From Eledone cirrhosa (taxonomy: Eukaryota): a stretch of 64,000 bases of DNA. The stretch is from positions 51,584,001 to 51,648,000 of the forward strand of contig OZ024751.1 in the NCBI GenBank assembly GCA_964016885.1, given 5' to 3'. Below are positions 27,869 through 42,734 of the stretch, piece after piece (positions within the stretch are counted from its first letter, which is position 1; every line of letters starts with the position of its first letter). The translations under genes and the position numbers were made by a program. Under the pieces are notes generated by a model. That model had not been told where the DNA came from. It did not search any database and worked only from the letters and a program-made list of their open reading frames with translations.

Positions 27869-28205
27869 AAGGGAGACTATTACCTTCTTGATTATGACTA
27901 TCAATTCCTGATTATTTGTTTTCTGGAAACAATAGTTTCTGACGTCTGAGGTCCGTCGTCGTTGGTGATGATGATTCTCTAGTTGTTCAACACTTTCTTC
28001 CTTTTCCTCGCGTGCTTTTTACTGTTTCTTCTTCTTCTTCATCTTCTTCTTCTTCTTCTTCTTCTTCTTCTTCCGCCGCCCCAACCCCATTAAAATATAT
28101 AAATACTGAACTTGACCAAACTTATTTGACTTTCCTGATGATTTCAAACCAATAAAACAGTTCTATTTCTGTCTAAGTTATATTTCTACATGAAATATGT
28201 GTATG

Positions 28206-31200
28206 GTGCTGGCGGCGGTGGTGGTGGTAGTGGTGGTGGTGGTGGTGGTGGTGGTGGTGGTTGTGGTGGTGGTGGTGGTGGTGTTAGCGGCGGCAGTGGC
28301 AGAGGTGGTGGTGATGGTGTGGGTGGTGGTGGCGCCGGCGGTGGCGGCGGCGGTGGTGGTGGTGTTGGTGTTGGTGGTGCTGGTGGTGCTGCTGCTGTTG
28401 TTGCTGTTAGTGGTGTTTGGGACGATAAGGCGGTTAATTGTATTGATGGTGGAGATAATGATGATTATTATTAATTGACAATGATAGAGGCAGAGGAGGA
28501 AGGGGAGGAGGAGGGGGAGGAGGAGGAGGTGGAGGTGGAGGAGGTGGAGGTGGAGGAGGTGGAGGTGGAGGAGGTGGAGGTGGAGGAGGTGGAGTGCTGT
28601 TTATGCCAACGGTTAGTAATACAAAATGTGCTGTACTTTGTTTGGGTCAATAAACATCGTTATCTGACAAACATAAATGTTAGCATGTCTTCTCTAATGA
28701 ATTTAGCATATATATCATTGCAGACGTCATTACTACTAACGGCACCACAACCATTAGCACCACCACCTCCACCATCACTACCATCACTACCAACACCACC
28801 ACCTCCACCATCACTACCATCACTACCAACACCATCCACCTCCACCATCATCAATAACATAACCACATAACCACTAACATTACCACTATTAGCAATACTA
28901 CCATCACCACCAACGTCATCACAACCACCATCAACACCACCACCACTACCATCACTACCAATACATACAACATAATCGTTACCACCACCACTACCATCAC
29001 CTTCATCATCATCATCATCATCATCACCAACTTCACCATCTTCAACATCATCAACATCCTTCTCGTCATCATCACCATCATCCTTATCGTCATCATCATC
29101 ATCATCATCACCATCACTATCACACTTATCGTCATCAGCATCATCATCACCATCACCATCATCCTTATCGTTATCATCATCATCAACATCATCGTCATCA
29201 TCAACTTCATCATCATCAATAACACAACCACTATTAGCAATACTTTTCCCACCAACACACAGATCATCACCACCACCACCACCACCACCACTACTACCAC
29301 CACTACCAACATCACCATCACCACCACCACTACCAACATCACCATCACCACCACCACTACCAACATCACCACCACCACCATCACTACCATCACTACCAAC
29401 ATCACCACCACCACCACCACTACCACCACTACCAACATCACCATCACTACCATCACTACCAACATCACCACCACCTTTACCACCACTATCAACATCACCA
29501 CCACCACCACCTCTACCACCACTACCAACATCACCACCACCACCACCACTACCATCACTACCAACATCACCACCACCACCACCACTACCACCACTACCAA
29601 CATCACCACCACTACCATCACTACCAACATCACTACCACTACCACCACTACCATCACTACCAACATCACCACCACCACCACCACTACCATCACTACCAAC
29701 ATCACCACCACCACCACCACTACCATCACTACCAACATCACCACCACCACCACCACTACCATCACTACCAACATCACCATCACTACCACCACTACCATCA
29801 CTACCAACATCACCACCACCACCACCACTACCATCACTACCAACATCACCACCACTACCAACATCACCATCACTACCACCACTACCATCATTACCAACAT
29901 CACCACCACCACTACCACCACTACCATCACTACCACCACTACCATCACTACCACCACTACCATCATTACCAACATCACCACCACCACCAACATACCACCA
30001 TACCAACATCACCACCACCACCACCATACCACCATACCAACATCACCACCACCACCACCATACCACCATACCAACATCACCACCACTACCACCACTACCA
30101 TCACTACCACCACTACCATCACTACCACCACTACCACCACTACCACCACTACCACCACTACCACCACTACCATCACTACCAACATCACCACCACTACCAC
30201 CACTACCATCACTACCACCACCACCACCACTACCATCACTACCACCACTATCATCACTACCACCACTACCACCACCACCACCACTACCATCACTACCACC
30301 ACTACCACCACTACCACCACTACCACCACTACCACCACTACCAACATCACCACCACTACCACCACTACCATCACTACCACCACCACCACCACTACCATCA
30401 CTACCACCACTATCATCACTACCACCACTATCACCACTACCACCACTACCACCACTACCAACATCACCACCACTACCACCACTACCATCACTACCACCAC
30501 TACCACCACTACCACCACTACCACCACTACCATCACTACCACCACCACCACCACTACCACCACTACCATCACTACCACCACTACCATCACTACCACCACT
30601 ACCAACATCACCACCACCACCACCACTACCATCACTACCAACATCACCACCACTACCAACATCACCATCACTACCATCACTACCAACATCACCACCACCA
30701 CCACCTCTACCACCACTATCAACATCACCACCACCACCACCTCTACCACCACTACCAACATCACCACCACCACCACCACTACCATCACTACCAACATCAC
30801 CACCACCACCACCACTACCACCACTACCAACATCACCACCACTACCATCACTACCAACATCACCACCACTACCACCACTACCATCACTACCAACATCACC
30901 ACCACCACCACCACTACCATCGCTACCAACATCACCACCACCACCACCACTACCATCACTACCAACATCACCACCACCACCACCACTACCATCACTACCA
31001 ACATCACAATCACTACCACCACTACCATCACTACCAACATCACCACCACCACCACCACTACCATCACTACCAACATCACCACCACTACCAACATCACCAT
31101 CACTACCACCACTACCATCATTACCAACATCACCACCACCACTACCACCACTACCATCACTACCACCACTACCATCACTACCACCACTACCATCATTACC

Positions 31201-34135
31201 AACATCACCACCACCACCACCATACCACCATACCAACATCACCACCACCACCACCATACCACCATACCAACATCACCACCACCACCACCATACCACCATA
31301 CCAACATCACCACCACTACCACCACTACCATCACTACCACCACTACCATCACTACCACCACTACCACCACTACCACCACTACCACCACTACCATCACTAC
31401 CAACATCACCACCACTACCACCACTACCATCACTACCACCACCACCACCACTACCATCACTACCACCACTATCATCACTACCACCACTACCACCACTACC
31501 ACCACTACCACCACTACCACCACTACCAACATCACCACCACTACCACCACTACCATCACTACCACCACTACCACCACTACCACCACTACCACCACTACCA
31601 TCACTACCACCACCACTACCATCACTACCACCACTACCACCACTACCACCACTACCACCACTACCACCACTACCAACATCACCACCACTACCACCACTAC
31701 CATCACTACCACCACCACCACCACTACCATCACTACCACCACTATCATCACTACCACCACTACCACCACTACCACCACTACCACCACTACCAACATCACC
31801 ACCACTACCACCACTACCATCACTACCACCACTACCACCACTACCACCACTACCACCACTACCATCACTACCACCACCACCACCACTACCACCACTACCA
31901 TCACTACCACCACTACCATCACTACCACCACTACCAACATCACCACCACCACCACCACTACCATCACTACCAACATCACCACCACTACCAACATCACCAC
32001 CACTACCACCACTACCACCACTACCATCACTACCAACACCACCACCACTACCATCACTACCATCACTACCAACATCACCACCACCACCACCACTACCATC
32101 ACTACCAACATCACCACCACCACCACCACTACCATCACCACCAACATCACCACCACCACCACCACTACCATCACTACCAACATCACCACCACCACCACCA
32201 CTACCATCACTACCAACATCACCACCACCACCACCACTACCATCACTACCAACATCACCACCACCACCACCACTACCATCACTACCAACATCACCACCAC
32301 CACCACCACTACCATCACTACCAACATCACCACCACCACCACCACTACCATCACCACCAACATCACCACCACCACCACCACTACCATCACCACCAACATC
32401 ACCACCACCACCACCACTACCATCACTACCAACATCACCACCACCACCACCACTACCATCACCACCAACATCACCACCACCACCACCACTACCATCACTA
32501 CCAACATCACCACCACCACCACCACTACCATCACTACCAACATCACCAACACCACCACCACTACCATCACCACCACCACCACCACTACCATCACCACCAA
32601 CATCACCACCACCACCACCACTACCACCACTACCATCACTACCATCACTACCAACATCACCACCACTACCAACATCACCACCACCACCACCACTACCATC
32701 ACTACCACCACTACCATCACTACCATCACCACCAACATCACCACCACCACCACCACCACTACCATCACCACCAACATCACCACCACCACCACCACTACCA
32801 TCACTACCAACATCACCACCACCACCACCACTACCATCACTACCAACATCACCAACACCACCACCACTACCATCACCACCACCACCACCACTACCATCAC
32901 CACCAACATCACCACCACCACCACCACTACCACCACTACCATCACTACCATCACTACCAACATCACCTCCACTACCAACATCACCACCACCACCACCACT
33001 ACCATCACTACCACCACTACCATCACTACCATCACCACCAACATCACCACCACCACCACCACTACCACCACTACCACCACTACCATCACTACCAACATCA
33101 CCACCACCACCACCACTACCATCACCACCAACATCACCACCACCACCACCACTACCATCACTACCACCACTACCATCACTACCATCACCACCAACATCAC
33201 CACCACCACCACCACTACCAACATCACCACCACTACCATCACTACCAACATCACCACCACCACCACCACTACCATCACCACCAACATCACCACCACCACC
33301 ACCACTACCATCACCACCAACATCACCACCACCACCACCACTACCATCACTACCACCACTACCATCACTACCATCACCACCAACATCACCACCACCACCA
33401 CCACTACCACCACTACCACCACTACCATCACTACCAACATCACCACCACCACCACCACTACCATCACCACCAACATCACCACCACCACCACCACTACCAT
33501 CACCACCAACATCACCACCACCACCACCACTACCATCACTACCACCACTACCATCACTACCATCACCACCAACATCACCACCACCACCACCACTACCACC
33601 ACTACCACCACTACCATCACTACCAACATCACCACCACCACCACCACTACCATCACCACCAACATCACCACCACCACCACCACTACCATCACTACCACCA
33701 CTACCATCACTACCATCACCACCAACATCACCACCACCACCAACATCACCACCACTACCACCACTACCATCACCACCAACATCACCACCACCACCACCAC
33801 TACCATCACTACCATCACCACCAACATCACCACCACCACCACCACTACCATCACTACCATCACCACCAACATCACCACCACCACCACCACCACTACCATC
33901 ACTACCATCACCACCAACATCACCACCACCACCACCACTACCATCACTACCAATACCTATAACAACACCACTACCACCTCCAGCAACATCACCATCACCA
34001 CCAACATCCCCATCGTCACCTACAACATCGTCACTACCAACACTACTACCAACACCACTACCATTGCTACCACCGACAACACCTCCAACATCACCACAAC
34101 CAATACCCCCCACCTCCACCACTAACACGATCACT

Positions 34136-34174
<39 letters not shown>

Positions 34175-34378
34175 GTCATTATTAACATCATCAACATCAT
34201 TACCATGAATGAGGATCAATATCCTTATCGTCGTCATCATCATCATCATCACCATCACCATCATCATCATCATCATCATCATCATCACCATCACCATCAA
34301 CATCATCATCATCACCATCACCATCAACATCATCACCATCACCATCACCATCATCGTCATCACCACCATCACCATCAC

Positions 34379-34411
<33 letters not shown>

Positions 34412-34700
34412 TATCATCATCACCATTACCGTCATCATCATCATCATCATCCCCACCATCCTTATCGTCGTCATCATCATCACCACCACCATCACCATCA
34501 TCCTTATCGTCGTCATCATCATCATCATCGTCATCATCATCATCATCATCATCACTATCACCACCATATCACCATCATCCTTATCGTCACCATCATCCTG
34601 ATCGTCATCATCATCACTATCACCACCATCACCATCATCCTGATCGTCATCATCATCATCATCACCATCCTCAATATCATCATAACCATCATCATCATTA
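28206..34700. repeat. Compound cryptic trinucleotide array (GGT, GAG, then CCA/CTA/TCA/ACA, ending in CAT)
   Basis: Frame-preserving triplet mosaic with an internal 1230-bp duplication (cataccaccatacc marker at ~29990-30070 and ~31220-31300). Confidence 0.93.
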
Positions 34701-34870
34701 TTAGTATTTTACTGCCGCATTCAGAATTCAATTAATATTTGCCACAATGAAGCAACTTTATCTCCGTGAAGCAGTGGAGCAACTGTGTTTATGTTGTCAA
34801 CTGCTTTATTATTAGTCATTTGAATTTCAATTTAAGTTTAATGAAATTGTTATTGCTTATATTATTATGC

Positions 34871-35293
34871 TTTGCCTTTCATCCTTACGGGGTCGATAAA
34901 ATAAAGTACCAGTAATACACTGGGTAATTGCTGGCCTTGTGCCTAACGTAGAAACAATTATTATGCTTTGCAGCATAGAGTGATTGCCCTTTACGTTCTG
35001 AGTTCAAATCACGCCGAGGTTAACTTTGCCTTTCATCCTGACGTGGTCGATAAAATAAAGTACCAGTAATACACTGGGTAATTGCTGGCCTTGTGCCTAA
35101 CGTAGAAATAATTATTATGCTTTGCAGCATAGAGTGATTGCCCTTTACGTTCTGAGTTCAAATCACGCCGAGGTTAACTTTGCCTTTCATCCTGACGTGG
35201 TCGATAAAATAAAGTACCAGTAATGCACTGGGGTCGATTTAATTGACTTCCTCTCCACCAAAATTGCTGGCTTTGTGCCTAAAGCAGAAACAA
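34871..35293 (+). mobile_element. Family-A SINE body tandemly repeated three times (154-bp period)
   Basis: gcctttcatcc at 34874, 35028 and 35182. Units 2 and 3 share private variants (aaatcacgcc, cctgacgtgg). Confidence 0.88.
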
Positions 35294-35395
35294 TATCAGT
35301 ACAATGCCCCTACGTCTCTATCAGTTACAGGATCATACATACATATAATCACCACCCAGTAAAATAGCACAACCTACACAGCTTATATTTTACAC

Positions 35396-35684
35396 CAGTG
35401 ATGGGCAACCTGCGGCCCGCGAAGATTTCTGAATGGCTCGCCTAAGTCACCTCAGTGAAATCTTTCTGATTTCTTTACCCCAACTTTTCAGTCGTAATTC
35501 ATCTTTATATCAGTTTTACGATCGAGGAAAACAACGTGTACGAAATTTGAAGAAACAAATCAAAACAACTTGAGTTACCGCCCTTTTTTTAATGTGGGCA
35601 CGAATGTAAATTAGCGCTTGCGGCCCGCATGATGATGAGCCATATCTCATGCGGCCCATTCTCGAAAAAAGTTACCCATGCCTG
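35396..35684. mobile_element. hAT-Charlie-type MITE
   Basis: TIR cagtgatgggcaac / gttacccatgcctg, subterminal gcggccc motifs, perfect 8-bp TSD ttttacac (35388-35395, 35685-35692). Confidence 0.9.
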
Positions 35685-36746
35685 TTTTACACAATCAGCA
35701 CCCAATGATATAACACTATACATACTGTAGAGTAGAATTTTCGAGACTTTTCACATTAGTAACAAGTTTGTTTTTTTTTATGAAATTCTTCATAACACAT
35801 TAATTCAGCTTTGTCAGCAAAGAGAAATTATGGAAATCAAACAAACAATGAAATGCTGTATTACGTGTCAAAGATTACCTGTTTAATTGTACACAGAGTT
35901 GTTAAATCTCAAATATACTTCATAGCCAAATATTAATAAAAAAAAAATTATCAGAATTGATTTAATATAACGACATACATGGAGATTATCGGTGACACAT
36001 TAAAGTGACGTGGCTCTATTATTTACAATAAAATACCAATAAACACAACAGAGCCGGAACAAATATTGCAAAGCATTCTCTCTCACGTTCTAACAAATCT
36101 GCCAATTTTCTGCCTCAACCATGAACTCAAGCAAACGTAAACCCTAACCCTACAATCAACCCTACCAACTATACGCATGACACACCGTATATATATATAT
36201 ATATATAAGACCAGCAAGAGGCAGACCACCTACCATTACCTCAATGGCCAAGAAAACCCACACAGATAGATGGAACGGGTGGACCAGAGCCATACGGACC
36301 CCCGAAAACCACGATGAACTAAAGAAAATGATTGCACATGCGGTGGGGGCCAGCATAAAATTAACCCTTAAGGAACATATGTTCAAATTTAATGGAAAAA
36401 CATATGCCCAAGTGGAGGGAGCAGCCATTGGTGTTAGCATTGCAGGCGACATAGCTAACTTATTCATGGTATGGTGGGACAGTAGACTTAAACTTAAACT
36501 TAAAGAACAATTAGAAGACCCCTTAACCCTGATAATGTACTCCCGCTACGTTGATGATATAAACATCATAGTTAAAACACCCCCACTAGAGAACAGTCAG
36601 GAAGTAGAGAAAAACACAATGGAAAGCATCCAGCAAATAGCTAACTCCATCCACCAGAGTATTAGAGTTACTTTAGACTACCCAAGCAAACACCCCAACC
36701 ATCGATTACCTGTACTAGACACAGAGCTCTGGTTAGATACGATAAC

Positions 36747-36825
36747 ATCCTTACGGAGTCGATAAAATAAAGTACCAGTAATGCACTGGGTAATTGCTGG
36801 CCTTGTGCCTAAAGTAGAAACAATT
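36747..36825 (+). mobile_element. Family-A SINE 3' fragment inserted in the Penelope RT ORF
   Basis: atccttacggagtcgataaaataaagtaccag...gtagaaacaatta splits ...WLDTI / NNKKQILHSHY. Confidence 0.88.
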
Positions 36826-37956
36826 AATAACAAAAAACAGATCCTCCATTCCCATTATGCCAAACCCATGACTTCCAAATATCTGATCCACCGAAACTCA
36901 GCTGTTTCGGACCATACCAAAATCAACATACTGATTGCGGATTTGGTACGGGTAATGAGAAACGTGTCCCGCATGTGCAACCCCGAAGAACTAGAGAGAC
37001 ACATACAACACTTCATCCACCGTATGCAGTTCTCTGGTTACAATCAGAGAGATAAAATCAGAGTGTATAGAGGAGCCAGAACCAAATGGGAAAAAATGGT
37101 AAATAATGACACAAATGGGACCTGCCCTTTGTATAGGAGCAAATTTTGGAATAGAATAGAAAGAACTAGGAATAAGGCTAATAGAATAAACTCATGGTAT
37201 GATAGCAATAAATACCAGAGTGTAATGTTCATCGATACAACCTCTAGAGGTGAATTAGCTTACAAATTTAGAAGGGCCCTAGATAAACATAAACTCAATA
37301 TTAAGATAGTAGAAAGACCAGGTACCTCCATAAAAACACTTATTAGCAAGACATACCCTTTTCAAAGACCCCCCCTATATAGATAAGAAATGTATAACCT
37401 GTAAAGCCCCCATATTAACTGTAAAATTAGAAATGTAGTATATAGCATAAGATGTACTGAAGGACAATGTAAAGATAAAAATATAGTGTACATAGGTGAG
37501 ACAGCTCGTAGTGTAGCGGAACGGATAAATGAACACTGGCGAGACCTTCAAGAGAGTAAAGAATCATCTGTACTCTACCAACATGCTAAAATAGAACATA
37601 AGGGTAAATTAGAGAACATAGAAATAAAAATAGAATCTACACACAGAAAAGATGCAATGTTTAGACAAATCACAGAGGCAATAAACATAAAAGAATTACA
37701 ACCAAAATTAAATAGAAAACATGAGTGGAACAGCAACATCACAACTTACAATTAAGGACAAAATGAAAACACACACGCACATAGAACAAACAACCAACCT
37801 GTAACATGTAAATAAACAAATAAATAAACGAATATAAACACACACAGTCACCCGGATGTGGCGCATGCGCAGACTGAGCACACAACACACACACAGAAAC
37901 AAGATGGGGTAGGACAGAACAAAGGAGAGGCACAAAAACAAAGAAAAGAATCCCCA

Positions 37957-37999
37957 GTCACTGAAGAGGTCACAGAATGTGTGACGAAAGAACTTTGAC
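37957..37999 (+). ncRNA. Type I hammerhead ribozyme motif in the Penelope 3' repeat
   Basis: gtca CTGAAGA ggtcacagaatgtgtgac GAAA gaac TT tgac. Stem I gtca/tgac, stem II gtcaca/tgtgac. Confidence 0.8.
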
Positions 38000-38142
38000 A
38001 ATATATAAACAACCATCTGATTGTGGAACCAACCAATTTATAAATTCCTAAATTTATAAATATATTATAATAAATTGAAGGTGCGTGTGTGTGTTTCTTA
38101 TTGGCAACATGACCCTCCCAAAGTATAACAATATCGGTTTCA

Positions 38143-38218
<76 letters not shown>

Positions 38219-38221
<3 letters not shown>

Positions 38222-38365
38222 ATAACAAGGTATCGTTTAAGGTCGAGTGGCGTAATTTCTAGCGATCAGCGGCCTTTAGACTCACCTGATTAATGAAACA
38301 ATTGTTAATACTGTAAATAAACCCTTTTTGTACAGCCGACCATGATATTCTTTATTCTTTCATTA
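38219..38365 (+). mobile_element. Penelope-type terminal fragment with hammerhead 3' half; homolog at 4451-4555 (minus)
   Basis: GAAA caattg TT aatactgtaaataaaccctttt...gaccatgatattctt matches the reverse complement of 4451-4520. Both are bounded by TA runs. Confidence 0.65.
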
Positions 38366-38744
38366 TATATATATAAATCTTTTCCTGAGTCCTGTATTTT
38401 CGTTGCTGTGATAATGGGGCTGGACTGCCGATCGCTATATTTGATTTGCTAAGCTGTCTAAACGTATTGTTATTGCTCTCTCTGGGGTACTATTCCCATT
38501 CGAGTGCTAAAGCTACATACCGAATTTGCATTCGTTAGCTTGGCCGCGAACTAAAGCTTCGTTAATGCTGTACTAAAATTCGTATATATATATATATATA
38601 TATAACAAATGTAACCTGAGTTTTTCGAATATTAATAGTAACATTCGATTCGTTTGCAATTATGCAAACAAGCCTCATTTTTAAACCCTTCATTCTTGCT
38701 CTTGAGTTGGCATGTAAATTTTTTTAATTATTATATATATATAT

Positions 38745-38795
38745 TCAGCCCCATCGCTCTCTGTGGAGCATAGGCCATTGACGACCCTCCGTACC
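38745..38795 (-). mobile_element. Very short RTE-type 3' end fragment
   Basis: Minus strand encodes RRVVNGLCST..G, typical of RTE ORF ends, abutting a TA run. Confidence 0.45.
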
Positions 38796-39599
38796 GTAAT
38801 CAGTCTCTCTACAGAAGATGTCAACATACAACTTGAACAATTCATGGAAATAATACAAGCCCTAAGTTTGCTCCGTAAAGAAAAGCCAACAGACACAAAA
38901 ATATTATTCCCAGGGGCAGGAAAATCCTGGAGAAAGTATATTTATAATTATACCTCATTTTGTATTTGTTTTGCAAAACTCTTGATGTGAAATTGTGTGT
39001 TGAAACAGATAATGCTATATTTTGGGAAGGTCCTGTTGCTAACAAAAACCCACGCGCGAATGAATTTAGTTTCACTTTTGTTTTTATTGATAGTCAAGTA
39101 ACTTATCCATTTCATCGGTTACTTTAATGACCTAATGGTTATTTAATTTTTTCAAAGCTCTTTCGACACATATTATGTGACCTTCCTAATGACTATTTTT
39201 GTCCACTGAGTCTCCTCTTCGTTTCGGTTCCGGTTTTGTTCTAGTTACTCCATTATGTTTTTTTTGTTTTTTTCTGCAATAAAGCCACGCCTCATCACAC
39301 ACATTAATATCACTCCGCCGTCTATTTCTATATTTACAGCTATGACTATTGTTATTTTATTACTGATATATATGAAACGAATTATTAAAGTAATTAATGG
39401 AAAGAATTATTATAGAGATACATGCCACTTAGTTGGGTGGTCTTTTGTTTTATAGCTACAGAAAGCAAAGGTGCCAATATCAGTGAGGAGCTGAATAAAA
39501 GGGAGCTGGGCGTGGGGTGACTGTAGCATTGTGATTTGTTGGGGTTGAAGGTGGGGGTTGGGAGTCGTGTTTCTTTATTACTGGTAGGGGTGAATACGT

Positions 39600-40110
39600 T
39601 ATAAAGAGATTGGAGGTAGTGGTGGTGGTGGTTGTCTTGCTGGTGGCGGTGGTGAAGAGATTGGTAGGGGATGGTGGGGTGAGTAAGTTATATAAAGTAT
39701 GGAGATGGTGGTGGTGGTGGTGAAGAGATTGGCAAGTGATAGTGGTGGGGGTGAAGAGATTGGTATGTGATAGTGGTGGTGGGGTGGTGAAGAGATTGGT
39801 ATGTGATAGTGGTGGTGGGGTGGTGAAGAGATTGGTAGGTGATAGTGGTGGTGGTTGGGGTGGGGATGAGTAAGTTATATAAAGTATGGAGATGGTGGTG
39901 GTTGTCTTGGTGGTGGTGGTGTTGGTGGTGAAGAGGTTGGCAAGTGATAGTGGTGGGGGTTGTGGTGGGGATGAGTAAGTTATATAAAGTATGGAGATGG
40001 TGGTGGTTGTCTTGGTGGTGGTGTTGGTGGTGAAGAGATTGGCAAGTGATAGTGGTGGGGGTTGTGGTGGGGATGAGTAAGTTATATAAAGTATGGAGAT
40101 GGTGGTGGCG
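39600..40110. repeat. Degenerate ~100-120-bp tandem repeat, GGT-rich
   Basis: Recurrent gagtaagttatataaagtatggagatggtgg and gtgaagagattgg blocks. Confidence 0.8.
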
Positions 40111-40500
40111 GTAAAAATAATAGACTCAGGTATCGATAACAACGTTTAATCTATCTTCAAAACTTCACTTTAATTTGATTAGTTATATAATTTGTCAGTT
40201 TCAATTCTATATTTTACTGAAAATTTGATTTGTGTGGAGGGGGGAGTGCGTGGTGAGAGAGGGGGAGAGAAGGGGTGCATGGTTTTTTTTTTACTGCTTA
40301 TGATTTTTTAGTGATTCTGTGCAAGTCTCTGTCTCTTTTATATACACACACGTGTATATATATATATATATATATATACACACGTGTATATATATATACG
40401 CACTCACACACATACATATATTATATACAAATATATATATATAAACATATACATATATATATATATATACATATATATATATGTGCGTGTACACACACAG

Positions 40501-40566
<66 letters not shown>

Positions 40567-40699
40567 GTGTGTGTGGGTGGGTCTGGGTGTGTGTGTGTGG
40601 GTGTGGGTGGGTGTGCTAATAATTAGTTGGAATTGTGAGAAGTGAGATTTTAATATATACGTCATTAGGTAACTGATTTATAGTTCGGAGTTCTGCAAA

Positions 40700-41432
40700 G
40701 ATACTACAACAACCACAACAGCACTACTACATCAACTACCACCTCTACTACATCTATCACCTCCACCACCAGCAGCAACAATACTACCAACATCACCAGC
40801 ACTATAACACCACTACTACATCAACTACTACCACTACTACATCTATCACCACCACCACCTCAACCCCCAACAGCAACAACACTACCAACATTACCACTAG
40901 CACCACAACACCACTACTACATCAACTACTACCACTACTACATCTATCACCACCACCACCTCCACCCCCAACAGCAACAACACTACCAACATTACCACTA
41001 GCACCACAACACCACTACTACATCAACTACTACCACTACTACATCTATCACCACCACCACCTCCACCCCCAACAGCAACAACACTACCAACATTACCACT
41101 AGCACCACAACACCACTACTACTTCTATCACCACCACTACCAACAACACCACCAGTACCGCCACCACTAATAACAACAACACTACTAATATCACCACCAA
41201 CTCCAGTACCAACAACACTACCAACAACACCAACAACACCAACAACACTACCAACAACACCAACAACACCAACAACACTACCAACAACACCAACAACACC
41301 AACAACACCAACAGTACTACCACCAACACCAACAACACCAACAGTACTACCACCAACACCAACAACACCAACAACAACACCAACAACACCAACAACACCA
41401 ACAGTACTACCACCAACACCAACTCCACCAAA
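40700..41432. repeat. ~115-120-bp tandem units grading into an (ACC/AAC)n array
   Basis: Repeated cactactacatcaactactaccactactacatctatcacc...aacagcaacaacactaccaacattacc. Confidence 0.8.
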
Positions 41433-41436
41433 ATAA

Positions 41437-41652
41437 ATGTTTCTACTTTGGACCTGAGGCCAGCAATTTGAAGTAAAGGGGAAAGTCGATTAAATCGACC
41501 CTAGTGCGTTACTGGTACTATATTTTATCGGCCCTGTAAGGATGAAAGCAAAGCTAACCTGGGCGGGATCTGAACCCAGAACGTAAAGGGCTGTAACTAT
41601 ATACCACAAATCATATTGTCCCTCGCTCTACCTATATTGCCAATCCTCCGCC
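41437..41652 (-). mobile_element. Full-length family-A SINE
   Basis: Reverse complement starts ggcggaggattggcaatatagg (A box), then B box gggttcagatcc, core and tagaaaca end. Confidence 0.82.
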
Positions 41653-42479
41653 CTGTCTACCACTGGTGGGGCCTCTACACGGTAGCTCGTTGTTCAAGAA
41701 ATAGCAGTAGAATCTCTTTAGAATCAAACCTTGACATCTTTAAAAAAAGAAAGGGCATGCTATATATTGTAGGCCTGAATGCAGGTGAAGATGGTCATGA
41801 ATAAAAGATGAGATGGTCACAGCTGGAACGTCTTTAAACATGTATGTATGTTTATATAGAACAATAAAATCACCACAAGAACCCACTATTTATTCTGGCA
41901 ACTATATTAGCAAAAGGAACAACAATATCAGGCACAATAACAACAACAGCAACAATAGCAGGCACAATAACAACAACAGCAACAATTGCAGGCACAACAA
42001 CAACAACAACAATACTAACATGGTGAAACAACATAGACGCTTCTAGCAACTGTTAGAAATAGCAGTTAAATATCCCTCAAATCTTTAAAAAAGAAAACAG
42101 ATCTATTGGATAATGTGGTTTTTGTTGTTTTATTTTAGGATTTTTTATCTAAGAAAAAAAGCTGCATCGCCACGGCTAGTGTATGGCTTTGATCATAGGT
42201 CTGATCGTTCAATGTTGACCTTGGGCTAAACAACATAGAAACCAGCATCAACCACCACCACAACAACAACATCAACAATAACAACAACATCTATAAGAAC
42301 CACCACCAGAACAACAACACAACAATAACCGCAACAACAACAATAACAACATCTATAACAACCACCACCACAACAACAACAACAACAACCACAATAACAA
42401 CAGCAGCAGCAACAACATCAGCAGCAGTAACAAACACAACAATAGCAACAACGACAACAGGTGTTTGCTATTGGACCTC

Positions 42480-42645
42480 CGTCTATAACGACAAGCAGTG
42501 TATTTACAGGTAACAATTTATGTTTACTTGCTAAATGGACTGCAGCAACGTGGAATAAAATGCCTTGCTCAAGGATAAAATGGTCCGGAAATTGAACTCA
42601 CTACCTTATGATCATGAGTTGAACACCGTAACCATTGAACCACAC
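42480..42645 (-). mobile_element. Second tRNA-derived SINE family (B); another copy at ~44010-44195
   Basis: cttgctcaaggat...ggaatcgaactcac.acct...taacca.t.agccac is the reverse complement of a tRNA-like head followed by tccttgagcaag. Confidence 0.7.
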
Positions 42646-42734
42646 AACAGGAACATCAACGGAGAAAGTAAAATGCATGAAAAGTATGGCTAAAGAGAAA
42701 GAATGAGATGGAGTTAATAGGAAGAGAGCGTGAG

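Larger units (their letters stand above)
36208..38146 (+). mobile_element. 5'-truncated Penelope-like element (RT plus GIY-YIG endonuclease, 3' hammerhead), both ends in (TA)n; disrupted
   Basis: RT motifs FKFNGKTYAQVEGAAIG, YSRYVDD, LPVLD and HY.KP. Cys linker, then VVYSIRC...C...VYIGETARSVAERINEH...EAI.I....P.LNRK.E (GIY-YIG). Interrupted by a SINE and a stop near 37384. Confidence 0.92.

Noticed and set aside
34064-34735. His-rich protein ORF
   Set aside because: (CAT/CAC)n repeat, open in several frames, with no independent coding evidence.
36141-36152. Telomeric (CCCTAA) seed next to the Penelope element
   Set aside because: Fewer than two full units, separated from the element by other sequence.
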